Part shown: piece by piece, positions 12,900 to 64,000 of the stretch
Position numbering within the stretch: position 1 is the stretch's first letter
Layout: the number at the start of each line of letters is the position of its first letter
Assembly (NCBI RefSeq): GCF_001194135.2
Contig: NC_068982.1
Coordinates: 134,129,170-134,193,169, forward strand
Length of the DNA: 64,000 nucleotides
Direction of reading: 5' to 3'
DNA from: Octopus bimaculoides
Lineage: Eukaryota
Translations under genes and position numbers: made by a program
The notes under the pieces: generated by a model
Told to the model about the DNA's origin: nothing
Seen by the model: the letters and a program-made list of their open reading frames with translations, nothing else
Databases searched by the model: none

Positions 12900-14145
12900 T
12901 ATCTATAAGATAGACAATCCATTCATACTAATTATGTATGTCAAAATCTAAGATAATTGTGTGACAATTACTCGGTAAATCTTGTTAAAGCTAGTAGCCT
13001 TCACCAAAGTGTAGACCTACAACATTCATAAGTTGTTAGCTTAAATTTCATTTCATTATTTGGTGAGGTTTGACATTTATGTAAAAAAAAAAAATAATAA
13101 TGATAATTGATAACAATAATAAATCTACTATAAAAAAATAAAAATTTAATTCAATTAACTAGAATATATTTTTTAAAAATATTTTTCATGAAATTTATAA
13201 ATGAAGTACTTTTCTGTTTTTTTTTTTTTTTGTTATGAAGTTTCAAAGTTACTGATAGAATATAATAGTTTTAAATGATAGGTGATACACATAAATAGTA
13301 TATATGTGTGTGTGTGTATGCAAGATGTATGTATATCTCCATTTAGAAAGAAAGAGTAATATAAAACAGAAAGGGTATAAAATGTATTATTGTTATCACA
13401 AAATTCTTTGCATTCTGTTTTCCCTCTCTTTCTCAAATATACAGTAAAGTGGAATGTAAACACGTAGCTACCTCCATACACATGCACACTCACATATGCA
13501 CACATATACTTTATACACTAAGAAAGAGAGCTTTAGTGATGAAGACATGACTTACATTTCAGCCATTTCAGATTTAGATCAGTTGTATTAAATCCAATAA
13601 AATATACTGCAATTTAGTGGAAACTTGCTATGATTTTATGTTTGGACAAATTACTTTTGCTTTCAACAAAACATCCTTCAAAAGTATACAATTTCTTACA
13701 TTCATAAGTGCATCATTTTCATACAAATAAATCACCATGTATAACAGCACTGGTACTACAAATACTAAAATAGGATAAGTATTCAATGAACTTCACCAGT
13801 TGAACTCTACACATCTTTAGTAGCTAAATCTATGAATATAGTGCCCATTCTACATACAAAGAAAATATTTACACAAAGAAAGAAGAGATTGTGGAGAGAT
13901 ATATAGAAGAAAAAAAAAGTGAGATCGAAAAAGGAAGACAATTGAAAGAAAAAAGGAGGGAGTTGAATGCATACATTTCAATGTTCTTGTTTTTTCTTTT
14001 CTTTCTTGTTTTATACACAGTTCAAGTAGAAAAATATAGTTTATCTTTTCATACACAGTTTTAAAAAAAGCAGATCTTCCCTGCCTGCATTTGCACCAAA
14101 TCATATGCCAGGTCAAGTAGAAACTACATGATTGCCTTCACCAGG
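12900..14145 (-). other. Probable 3' UTR of the RPTP gene (end uncertain)
   Basis: Repeat-poor, U-rich (on the minus strand) sequence directly after the stop codon; no poly(A) site could be assigned with confidence. Confidence 0.45.
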
Positions 14146-62524
<48,379 letters not shown>

Positions 62525-64000
62525 CTGAAAATGCAAAAATATGAATGCTTTTCAGATGAGCTATTTTTGTCTTTTTCTTTCTTTTTTTCTTTTTTTTCTT
62601 CTCTAATGATCACTTTTTACTATCTTATGATAAAATTAATCCATGACTTCTTTGGTGAGATTTAAATAAAGAACATATGTGTCCTGCTTGCAATAAAAGA
62701 TTTTGTTCTTCTGCTATTATGGTTTTCTGACATTTTACCACTTTAAATACCAAGTTGCTCAAGACCAACCCTGGTTCTTTTATACAAACTTCTTGCTTTA
62801 ACCCTTTAGCATTCAGATTGCTCTGGCAAATGTAATGCTTATTTATTCATATTGCTTTGAATTAACTATGTATTATCTTGTAGCTTTGAGACTTCAGTGG
62901 TGTGTTTGTTTAGTTTTAAAATAACATTATAGAGGAGGTGCAAAAGGTTGAACCTGGCCAGTTTGAACATAAAACAGTTGGAATATTTGAGCTGGATATG
63001 GCTGGTTTAAACACTAAAAGGTTAAAGTAATCTAAATTAAAACCTAGCATTAAAATTTCATGTTATTTATATTCCAAATAGCAGTTTAATGATGGCAAGG
63101 TTATTTTAATAAATTCATTATTTTTTCGAAATTAATTGAAATAAAGGCAGTGGTGTTCAACAGAAAGATGGCAACATAAGGGTTAAATTATCAAATATTT
63201 CAGGGAAATTAAAATGCTGGTGATTAGATGATTTCAAGATCTTTTGGATACAATATGCTTGGGTGTCCTTCAATTGTATATTTTAAGTAGCCACAGAAAA
63301 ATTTTAGCTAATGAAATGCTCATTATTTATACCATTATACCAGCATCTATATCAATAAAATATACCTTTTCAATATTAGTAACATTCAATTAAGTAAAAT
63401 GGTTAAGAATTTCACTTCTAAACATTAAATTAAAGTAAACTTTATAACAAGAATCTTAGACCGAAAAAATATGCACAGAACCACTAAAGGGGCTTAAACC
63501 ATGTACTTGTCATAATCCAGATGAATGTACTAACTATTGTAACATAACAACCAGGCAGACCCTTTCTATGCAAATTAGCAACAAGGTATCAGCATGCAAG
63601 CTATTTGTTCATATCTATCTTGGCTGTTATAAAAGGTCCCGGATATTTCATGACACTTAATTCTAGGCTGTGTAAAGATCACATCATGTTTTATTTATTC
63701 TTTATTCTTCATTTCACAAAGTTTTCATGTATGAAATTTTTCCATGTTATTAAGGTTTTGAAAAGTTCTACAATAAACTACTAATTTTTAATTTAACTGG
63801 ATTAGGCCAGTGAGAATAAAGTATCATTGCCAAAGGCAGTTTCTTGAAAACAATCACAGATGCTCAGAGAAATTCCATTTTGATTTTTTAAAGTTTTAAA
63901 ACAATTTCATCATCATTTTCCTAAGCTGGCAGCAACTGAATATTTCTGTAAATTTGAATATTTGAATTTGTATAAGAAAATGTTTATAACTGGATGCTCT

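Noticed and set aside
13556-13606. Exon-like segment ending ATG GCT GAA AT|gtaagt
   Set aside because: Lies in the probable RPTP 3' UTR; no compatible downstream coding exon was found.

Overview
AT-rich, microsatellite- and SINE-dense animal genomic DNA. The repeat families and style point to an octopod cephalopod; this is inference, not a database result. The main feature is the 3' part of one large minus-strand gene encoding an R3-type receptor protein tyrosine phosphatase (Ptp10D/PTPRB-like: FN3 ectodomain, one TM helix, one intact PTP domain). I assembled it by hand from 13 core GT-AG exons with matching phases: 62524-62471, 59798-59724, 58680-58614, 57330-56869, 53737-53578, 50742-50658, 50249-50076, 46795-46661, 45958-45836, 43505-43357, 40154-40019, 37958-37817 and 14177-14146 (stop). 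The 5' end lies outside the window or was not recognised. The catalytic motifs [28 protein letters not shown] and VQTEEQY are intact, and the tail has YxN motifs plus a DDEGI end. Most interesting: (i) two microexons (38 + 28 nt) in the 23.6-kb last intron that restore the frame only together; (ii) a CpG-rich promoter-like island with CRE/ETS/CCAAT motifs and an in-phase splice donor inside the catalytic-domain intron, next to a false assembly gap; (iii) an inverted repeat whose arms each carry a damaged Penelope-type minimal hammerhead ribozyme; (iv) further candidate microexons around the stalk; (v) long intronic hairpins. The rest is tRNA-derived SINEs, RTE, CR1-like and R4/Dong LINE fragments, mariner/Tc1 and hAT MITEs, and simple repeats. 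No CRISPR array, rRNA or true tRNA gene was found.
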